From assembly GCA_964195235.1 (NCBI GenBank), contig CAXMOW010000002.1:3772-67771 (forward strand): DNA of 64,000 bases. Direction: 5' to 3'. Each line of letters opens with the position of its first letter. Within the stretch, counting starts at the first letter, position 1. This DNA is from an uncultured Acidimicrobiia bacterium (GTDB taxonomy: Bacteria > Actinomycetota > Acidimicrobiia > Spongiisociales > ZC4RG35). Shown piece by piece: positions 22,009-31,932 of the stretch. The position numbers were made by a program, and so were the translations under genes. Under the pieces are notes generated by a model. That model had not been told where the DNA came from and did no database searches. It saw only the letters and a program-made list of their open reading frames with translations.

Positions 22009-23090
22009 TCAGGCGTCTTCTGGCCGCTGTTTGTGGATACGTCCGTCTACACCATGCAAAGACAACCCAGTGCCGGCTCCGTATCTGACCATCGTCATCT
22101 CGGCGAGGATTGAGACTGCGACTTCTTGAGGAGTTTCCGCACCAATATCGAGACCAACCGGGCCTCGAATTCGATCCGTGTTCTCTTCAGAGAACCCCAT
22201 TGTTTGAAGACGCTCCACTCTGAGCTTGTGGGTGCGACGGCTCCCCATGGCGCCTATGTATCGAGCGTCACTCTTTAGAGCCGCCTCCAGAACGGGGGTC
22301 TCGTGACGTTGATCGTGTGAAAGAACCACAACCCAAGTCCGTCGATCGAAATGAAGTTGGTCCATCAGGTCTGCCGGCCAGCCGACCAAGACACGACGCG
22401 CTTCAGGAAAACGATCCTCAGACGCAAAGGCGGATCGGGAGTCAATAACTGACACCCTGTAGCCCATCCTGGTGCCGAAGATTGTGAGCGACTGAGCCAC
22501 ATGCACTGCGCCGAATATCAAAAGATCTGGCGAGGGAGCGAGGGTTTCGAAGAACACCGAATGGTCGCCGTAGGACATGGTTCGGTGTTGCTCGTGGTTC
22601 ATCAACACCAAGGCATCTTCCGTGATGTCTTTACTGAAGCCTTCGGGAAATTCCCCGGCGACCGGGGAGCCTTCCGAATCCAGAACGATCTTTGTTCCTA
22701 TGGATGGACCGTCGACGAATGTGATCACCGAACCGAATTGCTCAGCGTCGAGTATCTGCTGTATGGCCTCTAGCGGCAGGCTCACCAGGACTCGATGTAG
22801 ACGTCGATGGTGCCGCCACAAGCCATTCCGACTTCGAAAGCGTCTTCGTCGGCGATCCCATAGGTGACAGTTTTTGGAGTTCCCTTTTCGATTACCTCCT
22901 GGGCGTGGAGGAAGACATCGTTCTCGACACATCCGCCGCTCACGGATCCCTCCATGTCACCCGCATCTGAGACCAAGAACTTGGATCCTTCCGGACGTGG
23001 AGCGCTTCCGTAGACCTTGATCACCGTGGCGACGGCTACACGCTTGCCTTCGTTGACCCACTGATTGCGGAGTGCCAGCTGACTTCTCAT
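22009..23090 (-). CDS. XdhC/CoxI-family molybdenum-hydroxylase accessory protein, split into two frames by an apparent 1-nt indel near 22785-22791
   Basis: N-terminal XdhC_CoxI domain ([21 protein letters not shown]...GGCVEN...[10 protein letters not shown]) stops at 22782. A Rossmann XdhC_C domain ([11 protein letters not shown]...) continues in another frame from about 22791 to 22009. Combined length about 360 aa. Confidence 0.55.
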
Positions 23091-23104
23091 CAGCTGGCAT
23101 TATT

Positions 23105-24016
23105 TCACACTCCGATGAACTCCGCAGGAGTCTTGTCGAACGACGTCTTGCACCCAGGGGAGCAGAAGTAGAACGTCTCGCCCTCGTGCTCGGAGATCCA
23201 GCGGGCGCTTGACACTTCGACTTCCATGTTGCACACCGGATCGATGGCCATGTGTTCCTCACGGACCGGGGTGGTCCATTCCAGCTGTCCGGATGCACGC
23301 CGCTGCACCAACTCGGCAAGAATCGCCACACCGATCTCGCGATGAGTGACGTGACCGAGGTCCAGACCCGCTGGAGCAATTACACGTGCCAGTTGGTCAT
23401 CGGAGACTCCGCGGTCTCGCAAGTAGCCAAGAACGGTTTTGGCTCGTTTGGCCGATGTCACCACGCCGATATATCCGGCATCGGTGTCCAATGCAGCCTC
23501 GAGGGCCGGTTCGTCGTAGTGGCCCTGGGTGGCGATCACGATCGCGGTTCCGGACCCAACATCGTCGGGCATGGTGTCACTCTCCACAGTCTCCACACGC
23601 CAGTCGATGGCCGCCGCCAAGTCGGCGAACGTCTCAACGGCGGGGGTAGACCCGACTATCACAAGATGGGGTTGGGGCAATGCCGGCTCCAAGAACACCT
23701 CCATGGCGCCTTCCGATGTGCATGATATCGGCACGGTTGTGACGTCAGGTCTCGCTGCTGCCTTGATGTCCTCGTCTGTGCCAAGGAATAGAAGCCTCGA
23801 TTTTCCATCTCCGAGTGCCTCCAGCGCCTCCCGCTTCACCACTGGCTCGGCACAAGCCCCACCGATCCAGCCGGTCACACTCCCGTCAGGTTGGATGATT
23901 GCAGTCGAGCCACGTTTGCCAGACGACGGGCCGCGAGCCCAGACAACCGTTGCGGTGAGAAAAGGCTGGTGCCGGCGACTGAGATCGGCCGCCAGCTCCA
24001 GCAATTCTCGATTCAT
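23105..24016 (-). CDS. XdhC/CoxF-like accessory protein fused to a C-terminal YHS (TRASH-like) metal-binding domain
   Basis: XdhC N-terminal and Rossmann domains are followed by DPVCNMEVEV...ETFYFCSPGCKTSF, which matches the YHS/TRASH signature. Its start overlaps the coxL stop. Confidence 0.7.
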   Translation of the reverse strand: MNRELLELAADLSRRHQPFLTATVVWARGPSSGKRGSTAIIQPDGSVTGWIGGACAEPVVKREALEALGDGKSRLLFLGTDEDIKAAARPDVTTVPISCTSEGAMEVFLEPALPQPHLVIVGSTPAVETFADLAAAIDWRVETVESDTMPDDVGSGTAIVIATQGHYDEPALEAALDTDAGYIGVVTSAKRAKTVLGYLRDRGVSDDQLARVIAPAGLDLGHVTHREIGVAILAELVQRRASGQLEWTTPVREEHMAIDPVCNMEVEVSSARWISEHEGETFYFCSPGCKTSFDKTPAEFIGV

Positions 24017-26382
24017 CCGGTGTTGGCCTCATTCATGGTTGCCCAAACCCTGTCGGCCGACAGGGGCATTTCGATGTTTCGCACACCGGTGTGTTCCAGG
24101 GCGTCGATCACGGCGTTGACATACGCCGCCGGTGACCCGACCGTGGCGGACTCGCCGACGCCTTTGGCGCCAATCGGATGGTGTGGTGATGGGGTTACGG
24201 TCTCGCCCAGCTCAAAGCGGGGCGTCTCCCATGCTGTAGGCACCAAATAGTCCATGAAGTTGGAGCCAAGGCAGTTGCCCGCATCGTCGAACGTGATGTG
24301 CTGCATCGTGGACATGGCAAATCCCTCGGTGAGCCCACCTTGGATTTGGCCCTCAACAATCATCGGATTGATCTTCACACCACAGTCGTCAACAGCGACC
24401 ATCCGCCGAACCTTCCATTGTCCGGTCTTCGGATCGACGTCGACGACGACAATGTAGGTCCCGAACGGATAGGTCATGTTTGGGGGGTCGTAGTAGTGCA
24501 CGCCTTCGAGTCCGGCCTCTAGATCGGGTGGCGGGTTGGTGTACGCAGCGAACGCCACGTCTTGGATCGTGACCGAGCTGTCAGGGCTGCCCGCCACGCT
24601 GAAGACTCCATTGTCGAATTCGATATCGGCAGCGGACGCCTCGAGGAGGTGTGCCGCGATCTTCTTTCCTTTGTCTCGGAGTGTCCGGGCTATTATCGCA
24701 GTCGCCGCTCCGGCCACGGGGGTGCTCCGCGACGCGTAGGTGCCAAGACCGTACGGCGTGTTGTCGGTGTCACCCTCGACGACCTTGATGTCGTCGGCCG
24801 GGATACCAAGTTCCTCGGCAACGATCTGAGCAAATGTCGTCTCGTGGCCTTGACCTTGACTCTTCACGCCCAACTTGAGGATTGCCTTCCCGGTTGGATG
24901 AACTCGTAGCTCAGCTGAGTCGAACATCTTCAGACCCAGGAGGTCGTAGTCCTCACCGTGCCCGGCACCAACCACCTCGGTGAAGCTGGCCATTCCGATT
25001 CCGACCAGACGGCCCTCGGCTCGCGCCTGTTCCTTCTCAGCCTGGATGTCGGCGTAGCCGACCATGTCCATCGCCAGGCGCATTGCCTTCTCATATTCAC
25101 CGGAGTCGTAGAGGAATCCGGTGGGAGACATGTAGGGGAATTGATCTGGCTGGATGAAGTTCTTGGCCCGGAGTTCTGCCGGGTCCATGCCGATCTCGTA
25201 TGCAGCGTTCTGCACTAGACGCTCAATCAGGTACGAGGCCTCGGTGACACGGAAGGAGCACCGATATGCCACCCCGCCTGGTGCCTTGTTGGTGTAGGCA
25301 CCTTTGGTACTCACATATGCCACCGGGTAGTCGTAAGACCCCGTAACGATATGGAAGAGGCCTGATTTGAACTTGGTTGGCTGGGCGTCTGAGAAGAACG
25401 CACCCTGATCGGAGATCATGTCGACCCTCAACCCGAGAATCTTGCCTTCCTTTGATAAGGCCAGCTCGCCTTTCATGTAGTAGTCGCGAGCAAACCCGGT
25501 CGAGATCAGGTTCTCAGTTCGAGTCTCGATCCATTTCACCGGTTGACCGATCACAAGGGAAGCCGCGGTCGCCACCACATATCCTGGATAGATCGGCACC
25601 TTATTTCCAAAGCCGCCGCCGATATCGGGGGAGATGATCCTGATGTTCTGCTCGGGAAGACCCGCAACCAAGGCAAAGACCGTGCGGTGCGCATGTGGGG
25701 CCTGCGATGTCATGTAAAGCGTTGCTTGACCTGTCGCTGAGTTCACGTCTGCCACAATCCCACACGTCTCGAGTGGGGCCGGGTGCGAACGTGGGTAATG
25801 CGTCTCCAGGGCTATGACGTGGTCAGCCGTCGCAAACACCGCGTCGGCGGCAGCCTTGTCGCCTGACTCCCACTCGTAGCAGAGGTTGGACGTCTGATCC
25901 TCCTTGTCGTCTCGAATGACCGGTGCGTCGGTCTCCAACGCCCGCTGCGGGTTGACTATGGGCTCCAGATCCTCGTACTCAACCTCGATCAGACGGGCGG
26001 CGTCGTCGGCCGTATAGCGATCGGTGGCGATAACCGCCGCTATCTCCTGACCTTGGAATCTGACCTTGTCGGTTGCAAGGACAGCTTGGGTGTCGCCGGA
26101 CAGGGTCGGCATCCAGGCCAGGTCGTAGCTGGCGAGTAGTTCGCCGGTCACCACTGCGACTACACCTTCGACGGCTTCAGCCGCCGATGTGTCGATCGAA
26201 AGGATCTTGGCGTGCGCAAGTGGGCTGCGGTGGATGGCCATGTGGAGCATCCCCGGTAGCTCGATGTCGTCGACATAGTTTCCACGGCCCTCTACGAATC
26301 GAGCGTCTTCGACACGGCGTCGACTGTGACCAAGGCCTCCAATTTCGGGAGGTGTGTGTGGCTTGTGTTCAGTCGTTGTCAT
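24013..26382 (-). CDS. coxL: aerobic carbon monoxide dehydrogenase large (Mo-Cu) subunit, form I
   Basis: About 789 aa molybdopterin hydroxylase with the form I active-site loop GGVAYRCSFR. ATG at 26382 overlaps the coxS TGA (ATGA). The ORF-track start at 26481 lies inside coxS. Confidence 0.85.
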   Translation of the reverse strand: MTTTEHKPHTPPEIGGLGHSRRRVEDARFVEGRGNYVDDIELPGMLHMAIHRSPLAHAKILSIDTSAAEAVEGVVAVVTGELLASYDLAWMPTLSGDTQAVLATDKVRFQGQEIAAVIATDRYTADDAARLIEVEYEDLEPIVNPQRALETDAPVIRDDKEDQTSNLCYEWESGDKAAADAVFATADHVIALETHYPRSHPAPLETCGIVADVNSATGQATLYMTSQAPHAHRTVFALVAGLPEQNIRIISPDIGGGFGNKVPIYPGYVVATAASLVIGQPVKWIETRTENLISTGFARDYYMKGELALSKEGKILGLRVDMISDQGAFFSDAQPTKFKSGLFHIVTGSYDYPVAYVSTKGAYTNKAPGGVAYRCSFRVTEASYLIERLVQNAAYEIGMDPAELRAKNFIQPDQFPYMSPTGFLYDSGEYEKAMRLAMDMVGYADIQAEKEQARAEGRLVGIGMASFTEVVGAGHGEDYDLLGLKMFDSAELRVHPTGKAILKLGVKSQGQGHETTFAQIVAEELGIPADDIKVVEGDTDNTPYGLGTYASRSTPVAGAATAIIARTLRDKGKKIAAHLLEASAADIEFDNGVFSVAGSPDSSVTIQDVAFAAYTNPPPDLEAGLEGVHYYDPPNMTYPFGTYIVVVDVDPKTGQWKVRRMVAVDDCGVKINPMIVEGQIQGGLTEGFAMSTMQHITFDDAGNCLGSNFMDYLVPTAWETPRFELGETVTPSPHHPIGAKGVGESATVGSPAAYVNAVIDALEHTGVRNIEMPLSADRVWATMNEANTG

Positions 26383-26855
26383 GAGCTTGCGCCCTCTCTT
26401 GTCGTGGCGGCAGCGGCCTGGATGGACTTCACGATGTTCATGTATCCGGTACACCGACAAAGGTTCCCCGAGATGGCCCATCGAACATCGTCGTCGGTTG
26501 GGTCAGGATTGTCTTCGATAAATGCCGTGCCCACCAGCATCATCGCGGGGGTGCAGAACCCACATTGGAGACCGTGATGTTCCTTGAAGGCCTGCTGCAT
26601 CGCTGATAGTTCGCCGTTCTGCTTGAGACCTTCAACTGTCGTGATTGAGCGACCATCGGCCTGAACCGCGAACATCGTGCATGACTTGACCGGTGTGCCG
26701 TCCACCAAGACGGTGCAGACACCGCAGCTAGTGGTGTCACAACCAATATGAGTCCCGGTCATCTTCAAGGTGGACCGAATGAAATCGACAAGGAGCAGTC
26801 TTGGTTCGACATCAGCGGACTTCTCGGCACCGTTGACAGTGACAGTGACGTTCAT
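26379..26855 (-). CDS. coxS: CO dehydrogenase small subunit (2x[2Fe-2S])
   Basis: Two cysteine clusters: CDTTSCGVC and CGFCT...CRCTGY. Confidence 0.85.
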   Translation of the reverse strand: MNVTVTVNGAEKSADVEPRLLLVDFIRSTLKMTGTHIGCDTTSCGVCTVLVDGTPVKSCTMFAVQADGRSITTVEGLKQNGELSAMQQAFKEHHGLQCGFCTPAMMLVGTAFIEDNPDPTDDDVRWAISGNLCRCTGYMNIVKSIQAAAATTREGASS

Positions 26856-27793
26856 GTCTGACCTCCCTGAGCGATTTTCAGGGACTCAGCGAGCCCCCTT
26901 TCGGTAAACACACTGACAACATGACGTTTGTAGTCAGCACTGCCTCTTGCGTCCGAAGCTGGATCGCAGGCTGCCGCAGCGATACGGCCCGCCTCGGCGA
27001 ACAGTTCATCGGTCGGTGCCTGGCCAACCAACGCTGCCTCAGCGTCCGGGACCTTGAGGTTGTGGGCATACACAGAGGTGAGGGCTAAGCCGGCGGCGGC
27101 GATGTTGCCGTCATCGCCAAGTTCGATGCATGTGGCTACGCCGACCGTTGCGTAGTCCCCCACCTTTCGCTCCAGTTTTTGATAGTTTCCGCCGCCTCTG
27201 TTGCTGTGAGCCTTGACCTCGACAGCTATCACCATCTCGTTGGGCTGACAGGAGGTGGCGAACATGTCTACGAGGAAGTCGTTGATGTCGACGGTACGTG
27301 TTCCGGCGGTACTCGCCAGTGCCACCGTCGCTCCACACGCCAGCATCACCGAGGCCCAGTCACCTTCCGGGTCATGATGAGCCAGGGAACCGACCATCGT
27401 CCCGAGATTCCGAACGATGGGATCTGCAATCCACGGTGCTGCACTGGAAACGGTGTGGTTGGCCTTGGCCGCCTCTGACCTCACGACATCGTTGTGTCGT
27501 GCCAATGCACCGATCCTCAACGTTGGCCTGCCAGATCCGTTTGATGACGGCCAGTGCTGTTCGGCTGGACCTATGTGCGCCTCGTCCGGTCCTCTGTTGT
27601 GAGAGATCCAGTCAAGATCCGGGATCCCGTTGATGTCAATCAAGGTTCCTGGAATTGCGAACCGAAGCTTCATCATCGGTATGAGGCTTTGTCCTCCTGC
27701 GAGGATCTTCACCTCATCGCCACGCTCATTGAGCGTTGACAGGGCTTCGTCAAGACTCTCAGGCGCGAGGTAGTCAAATTTGGCGGGATACAT
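26852..27793 (-). CDS. coxM: CO dehydrogenase medium FAD-binding subunit
   Basis: LAGGQSLIP FAD-binding motif and CO-dehydrogenase flavoprotein C-terminal domain. M-S-L gene order is typical of form I. Confidence 0.85.
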   Translation of the reverse strand: MYPAKFDYLAPESLDEALSTLNERGDEVKILAGGQSLIPMMKLRFAIPGTLIDINGIPDLDWISHNRGPDEAHIGPAEQHWPSSNGSGRPTLRIGALARHNDVVRSEAAKANHTVSSAAPWIADPIVRNLGTMVGSLAHHDPEGDWASVMLACGATVALASTAGTRTVDINDFLVDMFATSCQPNEMVIAVEVKAHSNRGGGNYQKLERKVGDYATVGVATCIELGDDGNIAAAGLALTSVYAHNLKVPDAEAALVGQAPTDELFAEAGRIAAAACDPASDARGSADYKRHVVSVFTERGLAESLKIAQGGQT

Positions 27794-27854
27794 CCCAACT
27801 CTCCGATCTCAGACGTATCCGACGAACATACCCGACCGGCGAGTCCGGTGCGTC

Positions 27855-28970
27855 TTATCTCTCCCGGGCGATGGACTCGAGCAACCGAACCACGCCGCTC
27901 AGATCGCGAACACTTGCTGCTGGCAAGAGATGATCGATGTGTGGCAGCACCGCTTTCATGCCCCGTGTGGCCGGCTGGTACTCGGCACGCGCTGCCAGCG
28001 GATTGAGCCAAATCACCTTGTGCACAGACCTGGCGAGACGGGCCATTTCATCCCCTAGTAGACGCGGGTCGCCACAGTCCCAGCCATCCGAGAGGATGAG
28101 GACGATCGGTCGCCCCCTTGCCAAGCGCCGGCTCCAGTTCTTGTTCCAGTCGGCTAGTGCCTCACCGATCTTGGTTCCCCCTGACCAGTCAGTGACTGTG
28201 CTCGAGACTCTTGACAATGCCACTTTCGGGTCTCGTTTTTTCAGCTCGGGGCTGATCCGAGTCAGGTGGGTGGAGAAAGTGAACACCTCGACGTGCTCGA
28301 TTTTGTGTTGTGCCGCATGGGCGAACACAAGAAACATCTCTGCGTAGCGCTCCATGGACCCAGAGATGTCGGCTAAGACAATCAATGGTCGCTGGCGAAT
28401 ACGTCGGTCCTTCATGCGTATGGCCATCAAGTCACCCTCAGGTCCGACCGCGCCATGAAGTGTTCGTCTCAGGTCGGGTCGACGACCTCGCTTGTCCGAG
28501 GCCCAGCGTCGGGTGCGGAAGTCCGACGGCTGCCAAGACATCGCGCTGACCATCCGTCGAGCTTCGCCAAGGTCGTTGTCGTCAAGGCTGGCAAAGTCTC
28601 TGGCTGCCACATTCTCGACGGCCGAGGCGCCTGCTTGACTGACGGTCTCGTCGACCGCCTCCTCGGGAATCGTCTCGATTATCGGTTTGTGTTCGGTCGC
28701 CGAGGCCAACCTGGAATGCTGTTCGGCGGTCGAGCCCGGGCGGTGGAAGCCCTCAAAAAAGCGTCGGAATTCCTCGTCATAGATGCGGCGATGCCCAGGG
28801 TCGGTGATCGAGAGGGCTCTTAGAGCCGCGTATACGTGGTTGCGCTCAGCAGGGTCGATGTAGAGAAAGGACAAGGCCATCTCGGACACCTGGTCGGGGG
28901 TGACGGTGAGTCCTCGCCCTCGCAATGCATCAGCGAACGATGCGAGATCTCGGATCGGGCTAGCTGTCAT
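27855..28970 (-). CDS. coxE: CoxE-like von Willebrand factor A domain protein
   Basis: VWA MIDAS motif LADISGSM, placed next to a MoxR ATPase. Confidence 0.7.
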   Translation of the reverse strand: MTASPIRDLASFADALRGRGLTVTPDQVSEMALSFLYIDPAERNHVYAALRALSITDPGHRRIYDEEFRRFFEGFHRPGSTAEQHSRLASATEHKPIIETIPEEAVDETVSQAGASAVENVAARDFASLDDNDLGEARRMVSAMSWQPSDFRTRRWASDKRGRRPDLRRTLHGAVGPEGDLMAIRMKDRRIRQRPLIVLADISGSMERYAEMFLVFAHAAQHKIEHVEVFTFSTHLTRISPELKKRDPKVALSRVSSTVTDWSGGTKIGEALADWNKNWSRRLARGRPIVLILSDGWDCGDPRLLGDEMARLARSVHKVIWLNPLAARAEYQPATRGMKAVLPHIDHLLPAASVRDLSGVVRLLESIARER

Positions 28971-28984
28971 CTGACAAGGCGTTG

Positions 28985-29863
28985 TTACACGACAAGGGCT
29001 TCGAGTCCAGCCTCACGGACCGAATCGATATCGTCTTTGTATTTGAGGACCACACCAAGTGTGCGGTCGATGATTTGAGGTGTCAGGTCGCCTTCCTGAA
29101 GGAGCTTGAGTGACTCTGCCCAGTCGAGGGTCTCTGCGACGCCAGGCGGTTTGAATAGATCCATCGCTCGGAGTCGCTGCATCGCCTCGGCGAGGGATTT
29201 CGCCAGATCGGCCTCGATCCCGGGCACCTTCTTGAGGACGATCGACGCTTCCAAGTCGGGAGATGGGTAGTCAATCCAGTGGTAGATACAGCGTCGTTTT
29301 AAGGCGTCGTGGATCTCTCGCGTTCGGTTAGAGGTGAGCACGACGACGGGAGGCACGTCAGCCTTCAGCGTGCCGATCTCGGGGATGGAAACCTGGAAAT
29401 CAGACAGCAACTCGAGGAGAAAGGCCTCGAACTCCTCGTCAGCCCGGTCGAGCTCGTCGATGAGCAATACGGGACGGCCGCCGTCGGCGGTGGCTTCGAT
29501 CGCCTGGAGGAGGGGGCGAGCGATGAGAAACTCCCGACTCATGATGTCCCTTGCCGTTGCGTCGTGGCCCTCTCCTCTTGCCTCCAGCAAACGGATCTCC
29601 ATCATCTGCCTGGCATAGTCCCATTCGTAGAGGGCCTGTCCCACGTCGAGGCCTTCGTAACATTGAAGTCTGATCAGTTCGCGGCCGGTCATTCTGGCGA
29701 GAACCTTGGCTACTTCGGTCTTGCCAACGCCAGCTTCACCTTCGAGGAAAAGGGGTCGGCCCAGTTGCAGCGCAAGGTGGATTGCGACAGTCAAGTCGTC
29801 GGCAGCGAGATAGCTCTGCTCGTCGAGCCGTGTTGCTAGGTCTTCGATAGATGATGGGATCAC
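28985..29863 (-). CDS. coxD: CoxD-like MoxR-family AAA+ ATPase
   Basis: Walker A LEGEAGVGKT and Walker B LLIDELDRA in a MoxR-type AAA domain. Confidence 0.75.
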   Translation of the reverse strand: MIPSSIEDLATRLDEQSYLAADDLTVAIHLALQLGRPLFLEGEAGVGKTEVAKVLARMTGRELIRLQCYEGLDVGQALYEWDYARQMMEIRLLEARGEGHDATARDIMSREFLIARPLLQAIEATADGGRPVLLIDELDRADEEFEAFLLELLSDFQVSIPEIGTLKADVPPVVVLTSNRTREIHDALKRRCIYHWIDYPSPDLEASIVLKKVPGIEADLAKSLAEAMQRLRAMDLFKPPGVAETLDWAESLKLLQEGDLTPQIIDRTLGVVLKYKDDIDSVREAGLEALVV

Positions 29864-29883
29864 GGCACCAGCCTAAGTGTTGT

Positions 29884-30225
29884 TTATCGCTCGAGTAGCT
29901 GGACGTCGTTTCCGTCGGGGTCTTGGAAGGTGATGAAGCGGGAGATGCCTGTGTCGGTGATCTCGGAGTCGCTTGGTGCAATTGCCAGGCCGGCGAGGCG
30001 TTCGATTTCCTTGTCTAAGTCGTCGACCCTGAACGCAATCGCACCGGTTGATGGGCCTTTGGCCCGAACACCCTCATGGAGGGCGAAGTGAGTGTCGCCG
30101 TCGACGATCATCGTTTGCCATCCCCTGTAGCGGGGTCCTGCCTCGACTCCGAACTGCGCATACCACCCGGCCGACTCGGTGGCGTCGGTGACCCAGACAA
30201 ACACGGTGTCCACTTGGAATACCAT
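29884..30225 (-). CDS. VOC-family (glyoxalase/bleomycin-resistance/dioxygenase fold) protein
   Basis: 113 aa from ATG 30225 (MVFQVDTVFVWVTD...). The N-terminal extension in the ORF track lacks conservation and would overlap ffh promoter space. Confidence 0.55.
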   Translation of the reverse strand: MVFQVDTVFVWVTDATESAGWYAQFGVEAGPRYRGWQTMIVDGDTHFALHEGVRAKGPSTGAIAFRVDDLDKEIERLAGLAIAPSDSEITDTGISRFITFQDPDGNDVQLLER

Positions 30226-30246
30226 GGGTCTTAATCTACGGCCCTG

Positions 30247-31578
30247 ATGTTCGACACGCTCACCCAGAGGTTCGAGGTCGTCTTCTCCGGTTTGCGGGGG
30301 AAAGGAAAGCTGTCCGAAAAGGACATCGACCAGGCTTTGCGCGAAGTGCGTCTGGCGCTGCTCGAAGCAGATGTCAACGTCGCAGTGGTCCGATCGTTCT
30401 TGGCGAGGGTCAAAGAGCGCGCCATCAGCGAGGATGTCTCCAAGTCCATTACCCCGGGGCAACAGGTCATCAAGATTGTCCATGAGGAGTTGACCAACAC
30501 CCTTGGCAGCGAGACCGCCGAGCTGGTGAAGACGTCGCCACCTTTGGTCATCCTCATGGTGGGTCTTCAAGGGTCGGGTAAGACAACGACGTCTGGGAAA
30601 CTAGCCAAGCTGCTGCACAGTCAGGGCAAGAAACCACTATTGGTAGCGGCCGACCTACAGCGACCTGCTGCGATTGATCAGCTCGAGACACTGGGGCGTC
30701 GGATCAGCGTCCCGGTCTACGTTGACCGAAAGGTCAAGGCCCCCAAAGTGGTAAAGGCTGCTCTCAAAGAAGCCTCGACCAGTGGGCGCGATGTTGTGAT
30801 AGTCGATACCGCGGGACGACTCCAGATTGACGACGTTCTCATGAAAGAGTTGGCGTCGGTTCGAAAGAACTCAGAGGCCGACGAGGTGTTGCTCGTGGTC
30901 GATGCAATGACAGGTCAGGACGCCGTCAACGTGGCTTCCGGGTTCCAAGACCAAATCGGAATCACCGGCGTGGTCTTATCGAAACTCGACGGTGACGCCC
31001 GGGGAGGCGCCGCCATTTCGGTTGGGGAGGTAACCGGAGCCCCGATCAAATTCGCCGGTGTGGGAGAGGGTCTGGACGCGCTCGAAGCGTTCCACCCGGA
31101 GAGGATGGCGTCGCGGATTCTCGGAATGGGTGACGTTCTGACTCTTATCGAGAGGGCCGAATCAGCATTTGATGAAGAACAGGCAGAACAGACCGCAGCC
31201 AAGCTTCAGAAGGGAGAATTCACTCTCGAGGACTTCCTCGAGCAGTTTCAGGCTATGAAGTCGATGGGGCCTCTACAGGACATCCTTGCTATGCTCCCTG
31301 GCTCCGGTTCGCTCCTCCGTGAGGTCGATGTCGATGATCGCGATCTCAAGAGGGTCGAGGCAATCATCCAGTCGATGACCCCCGAAGAGCGCCGGAATCC
31401 CAAGATCATCGGTGGGAGCCGAAAGCGGCGAATCGCGTCCGGATCGGGCCAAAGGCCCCAGGACGTGAATCGGTTGCTGAAGCAATTCACCGATACACAA
31501 CGCATGATGAAGACGCTGGCCGGTAGTAAGGGAACACCATCCCTGGATGCCTTGATGAGCGGTCGGCAAAAGAGGTGA
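30247..31578 (+). CDS. ffh: signal recognition particle protein Ffh
   Basis: NG domain (GLQGSGKTTT, DTAGR, SKLDGDARGG) and M domain. Confidence 0.9.
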   Translation: MFDTLTQRFEVVFSGLRGKGKLSEKDIDQALREVRLALLEADVNVAVVRSFLARVKERAISEDVSKSITPGQQVIKIVHEELTNTLGSETAELVKTSPPLVILMVGLQGSGKTTTSGKLAKLLHSQGKKPLLVAADLQRPAAIDQLETLGRRISVPVYVDRKVKAPKVVKAALKEASTSGRDVVIVDTAGRLQIDDVLMKELASVRKNSEADEVLLVVDAMTGQDAVNVASGFQDQIGITGVVLSKLDGDARGGAAISVGEVTGAPIKFAGVGEGLDALEAFHPERMASRILGMGDVLTLIERAESAFDEEQAEQTAAKLQKGEFTLEDFLEQFQAMKSMGPLQDILAMLPGSGSLLREVDVDDRDLKRVEAIIQSMTPEERRNPKIIGGSRKRRIASGSGQRPQDVNRLLKQFTDTQRMMKTLAGSKGTPSLDALMSGRQKR

Positions 31579-31582
31579 ATAG

Positions 31583-31930
31583 ATGTCTGTCAGGTTGAGA
31601 CTGATGCGGATGGGCAAGAAGAAGCAGCCCATGTACCGCGTTGTTGCAGTGGACCAGCGCGCTCCGCGCGATGGTCGCTACATCGAGCAAATAGGGCGCT
31701 ACGAGCCGCTTCACGACCCCTCGATCGTCGAGATCGACAACGATAAGGCGCTTGCCTGGCTGGCCAAGGGCGCTCAGCCCAGTGAGACCGTTGAGAAGCT
31801 CCTGAATATTTCAGGTGCGATGAACACGATCAAGATCCAGAGTGGCGGCATCCATGTCGTCGCGCCTTCGGCTGACGCCGAAGCCGTTGGAGATTCTGAC
31901 GAATCTCCTGTTGTGGTCGAGGAGGAATAG
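31583..31930 (+). CDS. rpsP: 30S ribosomal protein S16
   Basis: MSVRLRLMRMGKKKQPMYRVVA N-terminus with a C-terminal extension. Confidence 0.85.
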   Translation: MSVRLRLMRMGKKKQPMYRVVAVDQRAPRDGRYIEQIGRYEPLHDPSIVEIDNDKALAWLAKGAQPSETVEKLLNISGAMNTIKIQSGGIHVVAPSADAEAVGDSDESPVVVEEE

Positions 31931-31932
31931 GT

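Noticed and set aside
22791-22932. N-terminal 47 residues of the 307-aa ORF ([17 protein letters not shown]...).
   Set aside because: Arg/Cys-rich nonsense in the alternative frame of the well-conserved XdhC N-domain ORF. The real protein enters this frame only after the indel near 22788.
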